Position numbers and translations under genes: made by a program
The notes under the pieces: model-generated
Seen by the model: the letters and a program-made list of their open reading frames with translations, nothing else
Told to the model about the DNA's origin: nothing
Database searches by the model: none
Shown: positions 46,824-60,750 of the stretch, piece after piece
Layout: each line of letters starts with the position of its first letter
How positions within the stretch are numbered: position 1 is the first letter of the stretch
DNA from: Thelocarpon superellum
Taxonomy: Eukaryota
Reading direction: 5' to 3'
Assembly: GCA_026025795.1 (NCBI GenBank)
Contig: JAPEUG010000061.1
Span: 1 to 62,602, forward strand
DNA: 62,602 bases

Positions 46824-49800
46824 ATGGCGGCCCAACCGGCGCCCGACCTGTTGAATCGTATCTTTCAGGACCTCAAGTCCAAGTGAGCTACTTTCCTGTG
46901 CACCCGTCCATGGCCACGTCCATCCGACATCCACCGCTGTGCAGAGCTGACTCCCTACCAGGAACGATGAAGTCCGTCGCAAGGGCGCGCTGGATCTGCG
47001 CACGCACGTCGTCACAGCTTCACGAGGTATGTCCGCGCACGCCCGGACGGGGCAGACCAGCCAACAGCCGACCGTTGATGATCGACAAAGGACGGGCACG
47101 AGCTAACACGTGCCTCACAGAACTACCGGCGGAGCGCTTTCAGGACTATTACAACGTCGTCAATGTGCGCATTGCCCAGCTCATCGAGCACAGCAATGAC
47201 TCCAACGAGCGCATTGGTGGCATCTTGGCCCTGGACCGCCTCATCGACTTCGATGGCGATGATGCCGCCCAGAAGACCACCCGCTTCGCCCGATACCTCC
47301 GCAGCGTCATGCGAAGCAATGACACCGCCGCCATGATTCTCGCTGCCCGCGCCCTCGGCAAGCTGGCCGTTCCCGGCGGGGCCTTGACCGCCGAGTTGGT
47401 CGAGAGCGAGGTCAAGTCCGCCCTGGAATGGCTGCAATCCGACCGACAGGAAAACCGCCGCTTTGCCGCTGTGCTGACCCTACGCGACCTGGCCCGAAAC
47501 TCGCCCACGCTGCTCTACTCCTTCGTCCCCCAGATTCTCGACGTCATCTGGGTGGCCTTGCGAGATCCCAAGGTCCTGATCCGCGAGTCTGCCGCCGAGG
47601 CCGTCAGCGCCTGTTTCGAGATCATCGCCGCCCGCGATGCCCAGCTGCGCCAGCAATGGTTCGCCCGCATCTACGACGAGGCCTTGCAGGGTCTGAAGAT
47701 GAACACCGTCGAGACCATCCACGCCTCCTTGCTGACCCTCAAGGAGCTCCTGCTCAAGGGCGGCATGTTCATGACCGATCGCTATCGGGACGTCTGTGAG
47801 ATCGTGCTCCGCTACAAGGACCACCGCGAGCCTCTCATCCGCCGCCAGGTCGTCATCCTTATCCCCATCCTGGCCTCGTACGCGCCGCAGGACTTTGTCA
47901 ACTCCTACATGCACAAGTTCATGACCCACCTCAGCAGCCAGCTTCGACGCGAGAAGGATCGGAATCCTGCCTTCATCGCCGTCGGCAAGATCGCCGGCGC
48001 CGTGGGAAGCGCCATCGCCCCTTACCTCGACGGCATCTTGGTCCAGGTGCGCGAGGGCCTCCGCGTCAAGGCGCACAACAAGAACGCCAACGAACGGCCC
48101 GTCTTCGAGTGCATCAGCATGTTGTCCATCGCCGTCGGCCAGACCTTGAGCAAGTACATGGAGGCCCTGCTGGACCCCATCTTCGCCTGCGGCCTGAGCG
48201 AGTCCCTTACCCAGGCTCTCGTCGACATGGCCCACTACATCCCGCCCATCAAACCCATGATCCAGGGCAAGCTGTTGGACATGCTTAGCCAGGTCTTGTG
48301 TGGTCGTCCCTTTCGCGCCCTCGGCAGCCCCAAGAATGGCCTGCCCATGCTCCCCCTCACCGCCAAGGACCGCAAGGACCCGCAGGCCGTCGAGCGAAAG
48401 GAGGCCGAGATCGCCTTGGCGCTGCACACGCTGGGCGCCTTCGACTTTTCCGGTAATCCGATGCGACAGCTGATCCGCGCAGAGCGGGGCGGAAGTGTGA
48501 GCACTGCTGACAAAGTGTGTCCAGGTCACGTCTTGAACGAGTTTGTCCGCGATGTGGCCATCCGCTACGTCGAGGATGAGAACCCGGAGATCCGAAAAGC
48601 GGCCGCCCTGACCTGCTGTCAGCTCTTTGTGCGCGACCCCATCGTCTACCAGACCAGCAACCACTCGATCCAGGTCGTGAGCGAGGTCATCGAGAAGCTG
48701 CTCACCGTCGGTGTCGCTGATTCCGGTATGTTCGACATCCCTAACCTGCTCTCCGCCTATCCCCCTTGCTGGCCCCCCCCTTCTGCTTCCTCCTGACTCT
48801 CGCAGATCCCGATATCCGTCGCACCGTCCTTCTCTCGCTCGACGCCCGCTTCGATCGCCATCTGGCCAAGGCCGAGAACATCCGCTCGCTCTTCCTGGCC
48901 CTCAACGACGAGGTCTTTACCATCCGCGAGGCCGCCATCTCCATCATCGGCCGACTAACCCAGGTCAACCCGGCCTACGTCATGCCGTCCCTGCGCAAGA
49001 CCCTCATTCAGCTGCTCGTGGAGCTCGAATACTCCAACCTGCCGCGCAACAAGGAGGAGAGCGCCAAGCTACTCAGCCTCCTCGTCGCCGCCGCCCAGAA
49101 GCTCATCAAGCCCTACGTCGACCCCATGATTACCGTCTTGCTGCCCAAGGCCCGCGATCCCAGCGCCGGCGTCGCCTCGACCATCCTCAAGGCTATCGGC
49201 GAGCTGGCCACGGTTGGCGGCGAGGAGATGATCCCCTACATCCCCGAGCTCATGCCCATCATTCTCGAGGCCCTGCAGGACCTCAGCTCGCACTCGCGCC
49301 GCGACGCCGCCCTGCGCACCCTGGGGCAGCTGGCGAGCAACTCGGGCTACGTGATAGATCCCTACGTCGAGTACCCGCAGCTGCTGACCATCCTCGTCAA
49401 TATTGTCAAGACGGAGCAGACGGGCTCGCTGCGCAAGGAGACGATCAAGCTCATGGGCATCCTCGGCGCCCTTGATCCCTACAAGCATCAGCAGGTGCTC
49501 GAGAAGTCGCCCGACAGCCAGCTCGCCGCCGAGGCCGACCGTGTCACGGACGTGAGCCTGATCATGGATGGCTTGACGCCCTCCAACGAGGACTACTACC
49601 CCAACGTCGTCATCAACACGCTCATGAACGTGCTCAAGGACGCGTCGCTGGCCGCCTACCACTCCGCGGTCATTGACGCCGTCATGAACATCTTCAAGAC
49701 GCTCGGGCTCAAGTGCGTCCCGTTCCTGCACAAGATCATCCCCGCCTTCCTGCTCGTCATCCGCGCGTCGCCACCGGGCCGGCTCGAGTCGTACTTCAAC

Positions 49801-52800
49801 CAGCTCGCCATCCTCGTCACCATCGTGCGCCAGCACATCCGAAGCTTCCTGCCCGATATCCTCGACGTCATGCAGGACTACTGGCACGCCTCCGTCCCAC
49901 TGCAAGGCACCATTCTGCAGCTGGTCGAGGCCGTGGCCCGCTCCCTCGAGGGCGAGTTCAAGGTGTATCTGGCCCGGCTGCTGCCACTCATGCTCGGTGT
50001 GCTGGAAAAGGAGTCGACGGCGCGCAAGGTGCCGTCGGAGAAGGTGCTGCACGCCTTCCTTGTCTTCGGATCCAGCAGCGAGGAGTACATGCACCTCATC
50101 ATCCCCGTCATCGTGCGCCTGTTTGAGAAGCAGACCCAGCCGCTCGCCGTGCGCAAGCAGGCCATCGAGACCGTGGGCAAGCTCTCGCGCCAGGTCAACA
50201 TCTCCGACTACGCCTCCAAAATCATCCACCCGCTGTCCCGCGTGCTCACCGCCGGCGACCCCACCCTCCGCCAGGCCGCGCTTGACACCCTCTGTGCCCT
50301 GATCTTTCAACTGGGCCGCGACTACCTGCACTACGTGCCCACGATCCACAAGGTCCTCGTCACCCAGCGCATCACCCACACCAACTACGAAGCGCTCGTG
50401 GCGAAGTTGCAAAAGGGCGAGCCCCTGCCCCAGGACCTGAGCCCTGACGACCGCTACCAGGAGCAGGTCGACGAAGCCCCCTTCTCCGACATCGGCCAGA
50501 AGAAACTGCCCGTGAACCAGCAGCACCTCAAGGACGCGTGGGAGGCGTCGCAGAAATCGACGCGGGACGACTGGCAAGAGTGGATGCGCCGCTTCAGCGT
50601 CGAGCTGCTCAAGGAGTCGCCCTCGCAGGCCCTGCGCGCCTGTGCCGGCCTCGCCGGCATCTACTATCCCCTCGCCAAGGAGCTCTTCAACGCCGCCTTC
50701 ATCTCCTGCTACACCGAGTTGTACAGCGCTTACCAGGACGAGCTCGTGCGCGCCATCGAGATCGCCATCACCTCGCCCCACATCCCGCCGGAGATCTTAC
50801 AGATCTTGCTGAACCTGGCCGAGTTCATGGAGCACGACGACAAGGCCCTGTCCATTGACATCCGCACCCTGGGCATGTACGCCGGCAAGTGCCACGCCTT
50901 CGCCAAGGCCCTGCACTACAAGGAGCTCGAATTCATGCAGGACACCACGAGCCAGTCCGTCGAGGCGCTCATCAGCATCAACAATCAGCTGCAGCAGTCT
51001 GACGCGGCCATCGGCATCCTGCGCCGCGCCCAGTCCTACCAGGACGTCAACATCAAGGAGACGTGGTACGAGAAGCTCGGCCGCTGGGAGGAGGCCCTCA
51101 CACAGTACCAGCAGCGCGAGATCGAGGAGCCCGATTCCTTTGAAATGACCATGGGCAAGATGCGCTGTTTGCACGCCCTGGGCGAGTGGGACGTGCTCTC
51201 GGGCCTGGCGCAGGAGAAGTGGGTGCACGCCTCGATCGAGTACCGCCGCGCCATCGCGCCGCTCGGGGCGGCGGCGGCGTGGGGCTTGGGCCAGTGGGAC
51301 CTCATGGACAACTACCTGGGCGTGATGAAGGCCCAGTCGCCTGACCGCTCCTTCTTCGGCGCCATCCTGGCCCTGCACCGCGACCAGTTTGAGGAGGCCG
51401 CCTTTCACATCGAGAAGGCGCGCGACGGGCTCGACACGGAGCTGAGCGCGCTGTTAGGCGAGTCGTACAACCGCGCGTACAGCGTGGTGGTACGCGTGCA
51501 GATGCTGGCCGAGCTCGAGGAGATCATCACCTACAAGCAGAACAAGGACAACCCCGAGAAGCAGGCGACGATGCGGCACACGTGGATGAAGCGGCTCAAG
51601 GGCTGCTCGAGCAACGTCGAGGTCTGGCTGCGCATGCTCAAGGTGCGGGCGCTGGTCATCTCGCCCAAAGAGAACATGGAGATGTGGATCAAGTTCGCCA
51701 ACCTCTGCCGCAAGTCCAACCGGATCGGCTTGGCGGAGAAGTCGCTCAACTCGCTGCTCAATCCGGGCGAGGAGATTGGTGCGCTCGCGGCCGACGCCCA
51801 GACGCCGCCCCAGGTCATCTACGCCCACCTCAAGTACCTGTGGTCCACCGGGCACCAGCAGGAGGCCCTCGCGCATCTGCGTGACTTCACCGCGCGCATC
51901 TCGCCGGGATCGCACGGGCGCGCCCCACTGGTGAATGGCGTGGGGGGAGCGGCGGCGACGGTGGGTGCGCCGGTGGGCGACCCGACCCCGGGGGCGGGGG
52001 CCGCTGCGGCCGCCGTGGGCAAGGGCCTCGATGACTACACGCGACTGCTCGCACGCTGCTACCTGAAGCAGGGCGAGTGGCAGATAGCGCTGCAGAAGGG
52101 CGACTGGCAGCACGACCACGTACAGGAGATCCTGGCCTCGTATGCGGCGGCGACGCACTACAATCGTGACTGGTACAAGGCCTGGCACGCGTGGGCCCTG
52201 GCGAACTTTGAGGTCGTGACGACGCTCACGTCGCGGCCGAATCGGGAGACGGTCGTTGTGCCGCCGCACATCATCCTGGAGCACGTGGTGCCGGCCATCC
52301 GCGGCTTTTTCCAGTCCATTGCGCTGTCGTCGGGCAGCTCGCTGCAGGACACGCTGCGGCTGCTGACACTCTGGTTCGCGCACGGCGGGCATCATGAGGT
52401 GAACGCGGCCGTGACGGAGGGATTCACCGCGGTCAACGTCGACACCTGGCTCGAGGTGGTGCCACAGCTGATCGCCCGGATCAACCAGCCGAACGCGCGC
52501 GTGCGGCAGTCCATCCATAACCTGTTGGCCGATGTGGGCCGGGCACACCCGCAGGCGCTCGTGTATCCCTTGACGGTGGCGATGAAGTCAAGCATGACGC
52601 GGCGCTCACGATCGGCCGGCCAGATCATGGACAGCATGCGGCAGCATAGCGCCAAACTAGTGGAGCAAGCCGACACCGTCAGCCACGAGCTCATCCGCGT
52701 CGCCGTGCTGTGGCACGAGCTGTGGCACGAAGCGCTGGAGGAGGCGTCGCGGCTGTATTTTGGCGACCACAACATCGAGGGTATGATCTCCACCCTGGCG

Positions 52801-54425
52801 CCCCTGCACGAGCAGCTCGACCGCGGCCCCGAGACGCTGCGCGAGATCTCCTTCTGCCAGGCCTTTGGGCGCGATCTGCAAGAAGCGCGCGACTGGTGCA
52901 CGACGTACCGGCGCACGGGTGAGGTGAGCGACCTGAACTCGGCCTGGGATCTCTACTACCAGGTGTTCCGGCGCATCGCGCGGCAGCTGCCGCAGATGAT
53001 GAGTCTGGACCTGCCCTACGTCTCGCCGAAGCTGCAGAACGTGCGACAGCTGGACCTGGCCGTCCCGGGCACATACCAGAGCGGGCAGGCGGTGATCCGG
53101 ATTGACCGCTTCGAGCAAAACTTCGCCGTCATCAACTCCAAGCAGCGGCCGCGCAAGATCACCCTGCAGGGCAGTGACGGCGTGGCCTACACCTACGCGC
53201 TCAAGGGGCACGAGGACATCCGGCAGGACGAGCGGGTGATGCAGCTCTTTGGGCTGGTCAATACGCTCCTGGCCACAGACTCGGAGTGCTTCAAGCGCCA
53301 CCTCAACATCCAGCGCTACCCGGCCATCCCGCTGTCGCAGAGCTCGGGCCTGCTCGGCTGGGTGCCCAATAGCGACACCTTTCACGTCCTGATCCGCGAG
53401 TACCGCGAGAGCCGTAAGATCCTGCTCAACATCGAGCACCGCATCATGCTGCAGATGGCGCCCGACTATGACAACCTCACGCTGATGCAGAAGGTCGAGG
53501 TCTTTGGCTACGCGCTTGACAACACGACGGGACAGGACCTGTACCGCGTGCTGTGGCTCAAGAGCAAGTCGTCGGAGCAGTGGTTGGATCGGCGCACCAA
53601 CTACACCCGGTCGCTCGGCGTCATGTCCATGGTGGGCTACATCCTGGGCCTGGGCGACCGGCACCCCTCGAATCTGATGCTCGACCGCATCACGGGAAAG
53701 GTGGTCCACATTGACTTTGGCGACTGCTTCGAGGTGGCCATGCACCGCGACAAGTACCCGGAGCGCGTGCCGTTCCGTCTCACGCGCATGTTGACATACG
53801 CCATGGAGGTCGGTGTCCACGGGCAAGACTTTGCTCACGAAGCCAGTCGCAGGCTAATGCTGCACCGACAGGTGAGCAACATCGAGGGCAGCTTCAGCAT
53901 CACGTGCGAGCATGTCATGCGCGTCTTGCGGGACAACAAGGAGTCGTTGATGGCGGTGCTCGAGGCGGTACGTATCCTCCCTCCTCCGCCCGCTCCCGCT
54001 CCCGCTCCCGCTCCCGCTCCCGCCCCCATCCACCTCCTGCCCCGACTCACATGCGCCACTAGTTCATCCACGATCCCCTCCTCAACTGGCGTCTCGGCAA
54101 CCGTGAGTCCCCGCCTGAGCCGTCCTTCCCCTCGGAGCGGCGACAGTCGATCGTCGGCGATCCGGGGGCCGCCTCGGCGCCCCGGGCTGGCTCATCCTTC
54201 CGGCCGCGGGCGCGCTCGACGCTGGAGGCGGAGACGGAGCCACGCGAGGTGCAGAATGCGCGGGCACTGCAGGTGTTGGGGCGGGTCAAGGAGAAGTTGA
54301 CGGGCATGGACTTCAAGAACGAGGAGGAGCTCACGGTCCAGGAGCAAGTGGAGAAGCTGCTGGTGCAGGCGACGAGCTTGGAGAATCTGTGCCAGCATTA
54401 CATTGGCTGGTGCAGCTTCTGGTGA
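46824..54425 (+). CDS. TOR: TOR serine/threonine kinase (HEAT-FAT-FRB-kinase-FATC), 7 exons
   Basis: [21 protein letters not shown], kinase [52 protein letters not shown]. Introns at 46883-46961, 47027-47120, 48453-48524, 48726-48805, 53809-53871, 53968-54062. Confidence 0.98.
53989..54023. repeat. (CCCGCT)n microsatellite inside the last TOR intron
   Basis: About 6 units read directly; explains the spurious PAPAPA peptide in the ORF track. Confidence 0.85.
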
Positions 54426-55510
54426 GCGTATCCATCCACCCGCGCGACCGGACGCATCGTGGGGGGCATGAGCATCAGACGGGATCTGGCAGGGCATGAC
54501 AGGGCACGGCATGATCACGTGGAGCGGGAGTGCATGGAGGTCTGGCCGACGCGCGGATCCGCGCCGGCGCTGGGAGGAGTGGGTGCTTCGCCCCGACGTT
54601 GGATCTCTCGTCGGACGGGCATGACCAGGATCGGGCGGCGTCTGATTGTACGAAGTACTGTATACCAATTTCCTTGATCATGACGAGTCACGACGTCTCT
54701 CCCGGGCGACCATGGGAATGGGGACGTCCGAGACAGCCTCGAGCGCAACCCGGCGCGAGCGCACTCGAGTATCGTCGTGCGCGCCTTATGTTACCACGGC
54801 TTAGTCGCCACGGTTGGTCGCGTCGAGCTTGCCCTCCTCTCAACGTCCACCGCCCCGGCCCCGTACTAGCGGCATGCCCGACCACGGAAGCGGCACAGGG
54901 ATCCTCCGCCTCGTGTGTCCTCGACCTCCAACGGGTTAGTTTGGTCGTCGAGCTAGCGCCCAGCAAGGCAAGCGCCCGCCGCCGGTCGTGTCCACTTGCC
55001 ACCGACCTGGGTCACGGCATTCGACTTTCCCATGGTTAGCGACCTCGACGACCCATCACGGCCGGATCGTCAAAAGACCATCCACGACTCCAGACATGGG
55101 GCAGGAGAGGTCACGCAGGGCAGGAGGGAAGACCACCAGCCGTAGTGGGAGGCTGTAGGTGATCGGGCCCGGATGGCGGGGTTTTCTCGGAGGCGATGCG
55201 GGGCTCGCGGATCGGCGAAATGGCGCAGCGCTGGTGGTGCGTGGTGCCAGGGCCGCGAGCGGTACTGTCAGAAGTCACGACCCGTGCCACGCTGGTCGCG
55301 GTCCTCCAAGATTGCCGCTCTCTACAGCCAATCACATGCCCGCTTGCAGTGGGCCGGTCTCTGTTTGTCTCGAGAGATGGATTCTACGCAAGACTGATCT
55401 CTCCGCCCTGCGTACATGTGGGTCTGCTCACCACCTCTAGCCGGCTGCGGTTAGCCAACGTGCAAAGTACCCATGAAAGCGGCGTTCGCGAACCAGAACT
55501 TTTGCTGTGG

Positions 55511-55545
55511 GCCTCGTGCCTCGTGCCTTGTGCCTCGTGCCTCGT
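55511..55545. repeat. 7-bp tandem repeat (GCCTCGT)x5 upstream of the MFS gene
   Basis: gcctcgt gcctcgt gccttgt gcctcgt gcctcgt. Confidence 0.85.
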
Positions 55546-55856
55546 CCCTGGTGTGCCCGCGGCCCTACCCCTCCTCCGCGTCCCACCGCCGCCGCGGACC
55601 GGAGCGGGCGATATGAAAATGTCGCCCCTCATGCGCTCCAACTTTTCGCTTTCGCCTCGTCGGTCTTTTTTACCTCCATTTCCGTCGAGCGTTAATTGCG
55701 GCATCAGCACTACTTCCGCATCCATCCGGCGCGCTTCCGCTCTCTCACGGCCTGATTGTTCCCCTCGTCCTCTTCGTCCTCGAAAGAACGTGCCCGCAGC
55801 AGCAGCCGTCGTTGTCGTGGACGGACGCCGTAAGAACCGTTCAAGCTTGGAGAGAG

Positions 55857-57645
55857 ATGGTTTTGACCAAGCAGCGAAGACTTTCACACGACGACGATCG
55901 TTTTCCCACCGCGCAGCTTTCTCTCTTGGGTACGTGGCCAGCGCGGAATCGCACCCTCTCTGGGCCATGGCTGACATGACCCTAGCCATCTGTCGACTCG
56001 CTGAGCCCATTGCCTTGACCTCCGTCTTCCCCTATGCCTTCAAATTGGTCAAGGACTTTCACGCCTGTGACGACAGCAATGCCTCGCTCTACGCCGGGCT
56101 GTTCATCTCAGCCTTTGCTCTCGCGGAGAGCCTCACCGGCATGTTCTGGGGCGGGCTCTCGGATCAGGTTGGACGGAAACCCGTCCTGCTCTTCGGATGC
56201 GCCGGTACCTTGATCTCCCTCTTGGTCGTGGGCTTCTCGAGAAACATCTGGATGGCTGTGCTCGGACGCGCCTTGGGTGGTGAGTGTCTCGCGGCGATCG
56301 AGCATTGACCACTGAGCATCTACACCTGCTGACGAGTCAGGACTGTTGAATGGCAACATTGGCGTCATTCAGACCATGGTCGGCGAATTGGTCAAGAAGC
56401 CCGAGCATGAGCGTGAGTGTCTTCGATGCTGCTGCCGCGAGGACGTCCACTGACGGAGCCCCAAACTCAGCCCGGGCGTACGCGGTCATGCCGTTCATCT
56501 GGTCAGTGGGCACCATCATTGGTCCGGCCATCGGCGGCACTTTTGCCGACCCGTCCACCGCCTTTCCCGCCCGCTTTTCGCGCTCCGGCCTATTTGGCGT
56601 CTTTCCCTACCTGCTCCCCAACGTGATCTGCGCGGCCATGCTTCTGGTCAGCATCGGCCTGGGCTACTATTTCCTCGAAGAGACCCATCCCGAGAAGCGA
56701 GGATGCCCCTCTGCCTATGTCGATGAGACGGCAGAGACGCCACTGTTGGTCACGGTTGGCGCCACCGAAGATTGTGACGTAGGTCTACAGGCTGGTTCAT
56801 ATGCTACGTTTCAGGCCACAGAGATCGCGACGAGTGAGCAGTGGGTGGTGCATGCAGATGGATCCTCGCCGCCGTCTAGGACAGTGCCGTTGACCCAAAA
56901 GACCTTTACCAAGCGCATCATGATGCTCATCATCGCCCTCGGCATCTTCACCTACCACTCCATGACGTATGACCACCTATTGCCCATCTTCCTGCAGGAC
57001 GACCGAAAGATGGTGGTGACGGTGCTGGGATCGCCACTGGCCGTGCCGGGCGGACTTGGGTTAAGCCTCCAGTCGGTGGGTCTCGTGATGAGCGTGAATG
57101 GTTTGATCGCACTGCTCATCCAAGCCATCGTCTTTCCGGCGTGTGCCGGATGGTTGGGGGTGTGGCGGGTGTTCATGTTGACCTCGATCCTGCACCCGCT
57201 GGCCTACTTTATCGTGCCCTACCTCGCCCTCCTCCCGCCCAACTGGCTCTATCCGGGTATCTACGCGGCGTTGAGCATACGCAACGTCCTCTCCATCCTC
57301 GCTTATCCCGTCATCCTGATCCTACTCAAGGACGCGACCCCGTCCCCGTCGGTCTTGGGCAAGGTGAATGGCATGGCGGCCAGCGCGGGAGCCGCGTGCC
57401 GCACCGTGGCCCCACCCATCGCAGGCTATCTCTATAGTATTGGGGCACGTCAGGGCTTTACGGGACTCGCCTGGTGGGGCTCGGGCCTGATTGCCGTGCT
57501 GGGAGCCATCCAATGTTGGTGCATTGAGCGGGAGAAGCGCCGGGCCGGGAGTGTGCTGTGTGAGACCGACTCGCTCGCAGGCGACCTGGACGACCTGGAC
57601 ACACATAAGACGGAGGGGGCACTTGTGGTAGCGATGGAGGGGTGA
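55857..57645 (+). CDS. MFS transporter (YCR023C/ZIF1-like), 4 exons
   Basis: FPTAQLSLL|AICRLAEPIALTSVFPY, MFS motif A WGGLSDQVGRKPVLL, G|LLNGNIGVIQTMVGEL, ~12 hydrophobic segments. Introns at 55930-55985, 56280-56340, 56413-56470. Confidence 0.88.
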
Positions 57646-58236
57646 GGACTATACGACTCATGACAGCAGACTATGATCAAGTTTGGCGCTGGGCGGGACG
57701 TGAGGAGTGTGCTAGTCTGCTTGCCTGCTTTTCTCCACGGGACTGATCGAGCGTGTTTCACCAACAGACAGGACTGGCGCTGTGCATGTGTCGCTAGAAC
57801 AGCCTTGTTATCGTTGAACATCACGCCCAATCATTGAATCAGATGGGATAAATACTCTCGTGACCCGAGTGGCGTGTGGTATCGCAAGGAGCATTGATAC
57901 AGCGGTGGCAGGTCGTCGGAGGTTCGTGGAGCTGCTGTCCGCCCTGAGTGGCGCGGATGGCGCGGGGATCGCTTGGAGCCTCGGTAAACCCCGTTTACCA
58001 CCCAAACCAGCAACAACACCGGCGCCAGCAACAACGAGGAAGTAATTGGCCCGACCAGTGATGGGTGGCATCCACCGCTCTACACTACACCTCCGGCGAC
58101 CGTCAATACCTCCACCGATAAGGATGTAGGCAAGTCGGACTCTTGTCAACACCTCGGATTGTGTGTGGATGGGAGCACCTCGCACCGTCGTCAATACCAC
58201 GGAGTGCGTGCAGATTCCTCTCCCGATCGTGGATGC

Positions 58237-59986
58237 ATGGCCTCCATGGCGGCATCGTCGACCTCCAGCAAGTCCTCGAGCGGCTCCTCCGCCCCCGCCG
58301 CGTCGCAGCTCGACCCCGTCCTGCGCAACACCTTACGATACACCGTCTCGGCCAAGGAGTACAAATCCCTCCACAAATACCTCATCGCCCGGTCGCCCGT
58401 CCTGCGGCGGAAGGCTCCCAGCGTTGCACGATATGAAGCGTTTGTCCGGTCCAAGTCGGACTACAACCCGGCCGCCGTGCGGGCCGCCGTCCGCGTCTTC
58501 CTCGCCAGCCAGGCCGGACTGAAGCTGTGGGAATTGGTGTCGACCAAGCTACTCGCCAAGGGCCGGGCGGTGGTGCCACAGGTCAAGACGTCGTTCTTGC
58601 GATCCCCAAATTTCCGTCTCTCCCTCTCTTTGTCGACCATCCTCCTGCTGCACCGACTCCTTCACCGCTTCTTCACCCTCCTCCGAGAGAACCTCCTCAC
58701 GGAAGATGCTCGACCGTTTCGCGTGCGCAATCCGCGGGTCTCGCGTGCCTTGGTCTCGCGCCTGGCGCCCGCCATCGGGGCCAGTCTGGCTGGATTCGTT
58801 GTGGGGGTGTATCCCAGCGATCAGCTACGGGTCACCGTGGCCATCTACGTCTTCACCCGGGCCATGGAGTTTCTGTACAACAAACTGGACGACGATGGAT
58901 GGTTCAAGCATAAGCCATGGGTCGGTTCACCCCAGTACCTCTCGTCTGGCAATGAACGGCTGTTAACTCCTCATGTAGTGGGTCGGCAGCTGGATGATCA
59001 TGCCAGTGTCTTGTGGCCAGCTCCTGCACGCCTTTGTCTTTGATCGAGATTGCTTTCCCCAGGCCTACGGCGACTTCATCCTCAACTCCACGCCCAACTA
59101 CATTCAAAATCGACCCGATGGGTATCCAAGTACCTTGTCCTGGCCCGGACGATATGACATCGTCGATAGTCTCGCCAACATGGCGCGTCTTAACTACCCG
59201 TATGCATCATTCTCCCCTGACATCGTACATACACCCGCTCACATCCGCAGACCGTTCATCTCACCCATTCTGTTTCCCAACACCAAGACGCTCCCCGAAA
59301 CTCTTTCTGTGATCGCGCCAATCGTCAACCCCGGCCACCCAGCCATCAAGAACCTCTCCTGCGCCCTCCTCCACCCCGACGACCCGTCCTGTCTCCGCAC
59401 CTATGTCACCTTCTACCTACGCGCCTTTCCACGCATGGCACAATTCTTTGCGCTCATCATAACCGCCTTCTCACTACCCAAGTGGCGTCTCTTCCTTGAT
59501 AAGCCCAGCTCGGGCCTGAACAGCCTGGCACGTAGCATCTTACGCACGTCCACCTTCCTAACGGGTTCCATCGGCACGGCATGGGGCAGCATCTGCTTCT
59601 TCCAGGCCCTGCTACCACGCACGTTCCTACCCACGCAGCGCTTCTTCCTCGGCGGCTTCATCGCGGGTTTCTGGGCCCTCCTGGAGCGCGAAACGGGGCG
59701 CGCCCAGTTTCTGTACAGTCTGCGCGCTTTCATCGACTCCGCGTGGAAAGTCGGCGTGAAGCGCGGTTGGGTGAGGGGGATTCGCAACGGGGACGTATGG
59801 TTGTTCGTGGCTAGTTTGGCCGTCATGAATTCCGTCTACGAGGTTCGGCCACACGCCGTCCAGAGTCGGGTTGTGAGGATGACTTTGAGGAGCTTACGCG
59901 GGGAGGGTTTCAAGGATGTTGAGACCAAGGAAGAGAGGGGGAGGGAGGATAAAGTGAAGGGGAAGGGAAAGGACAGATCTGGGTGA
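58237..59986 (+). CDS. TMEM135/Tim17-superfamily-like membrane protein, 3 exons
   Basis: DPVLRNTLRYTVSAKEY, AIYVFTRAMEFLY, KPW|WVGSW, GQLLHAFVFDRDCFP, NGDVWLFVASLA. Introns at 58921-58978 and 59200-59250. Confidence 0.65.
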
Positions 59987-60750
59987 TGAAGATGACGGAA
60001 TAAGGACGATGGACGGTGTGATGAGTGACGTGATGTATGATATCCAATGGCATGGTACGAACATCAATATGACTATGAGCGTAAAGGAAAATCGTGATTT
60101 AAAGCGGATCAGTATGTTGATGCTGACGTTTGGATGACGGAGATACGGGATAGATCTAAAAAGTTGCGGAGAGCCGAGAGGACGGTCGGAGACTTGGGGA
60201 GACAATGACGATAGACCTAGAGAACGGAAACGGCTAGACGTATCGCTTTCCCACGTCTTTCTCCACAATCCAGATGTTCTCAGGTGATATATCAGAAGGA
60301 CTTTCCATGTAGGTCTCATTGTCTCCCTGAATGTGAATTCGGCCTGCCGAATCTCGCGTCTCCTCTTGTCTCCTCTTATCTCCTCTCGTCCCCTATCTCG
60401 TGTGACCCAACGCCCTAGACATCGAAACACAACCCATCACTCCCTGTCACAGTCCCATGCGTGAATGAACACACTTTGATCATCAGCCGCCCGCTGTAGT
60501 AAGGACGCGGTGAGGAAGTAAACACGCACACAGACGGAGCTTTCCCAAAAACAACCGTTGTCTCTCAAATTCCCGCCTCTTCATCTCGAAGACTTTGACG
60601 CAACACTCTTCCTTCTGCAGCTGCTTCCCGCATCTGCACTCCATTTCACGTCTCCACCTCTGTTCTCCACCTCTGTTCTCTACATCTGTTCCACCTCATC
60701 TCCTTCCTTCCTTCCAGTCATCTCGCCCTTCCAGCTCGGCCTCCTTGCTC

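Noticed and set aside
47480..53838. Long antisense ORFs opposite TOR (394, 570, 364 and 393 aa)
   Set aside because: Shadow ORFs expected from strong GC3 codon bias on the coding strand; no recognisable motifs.
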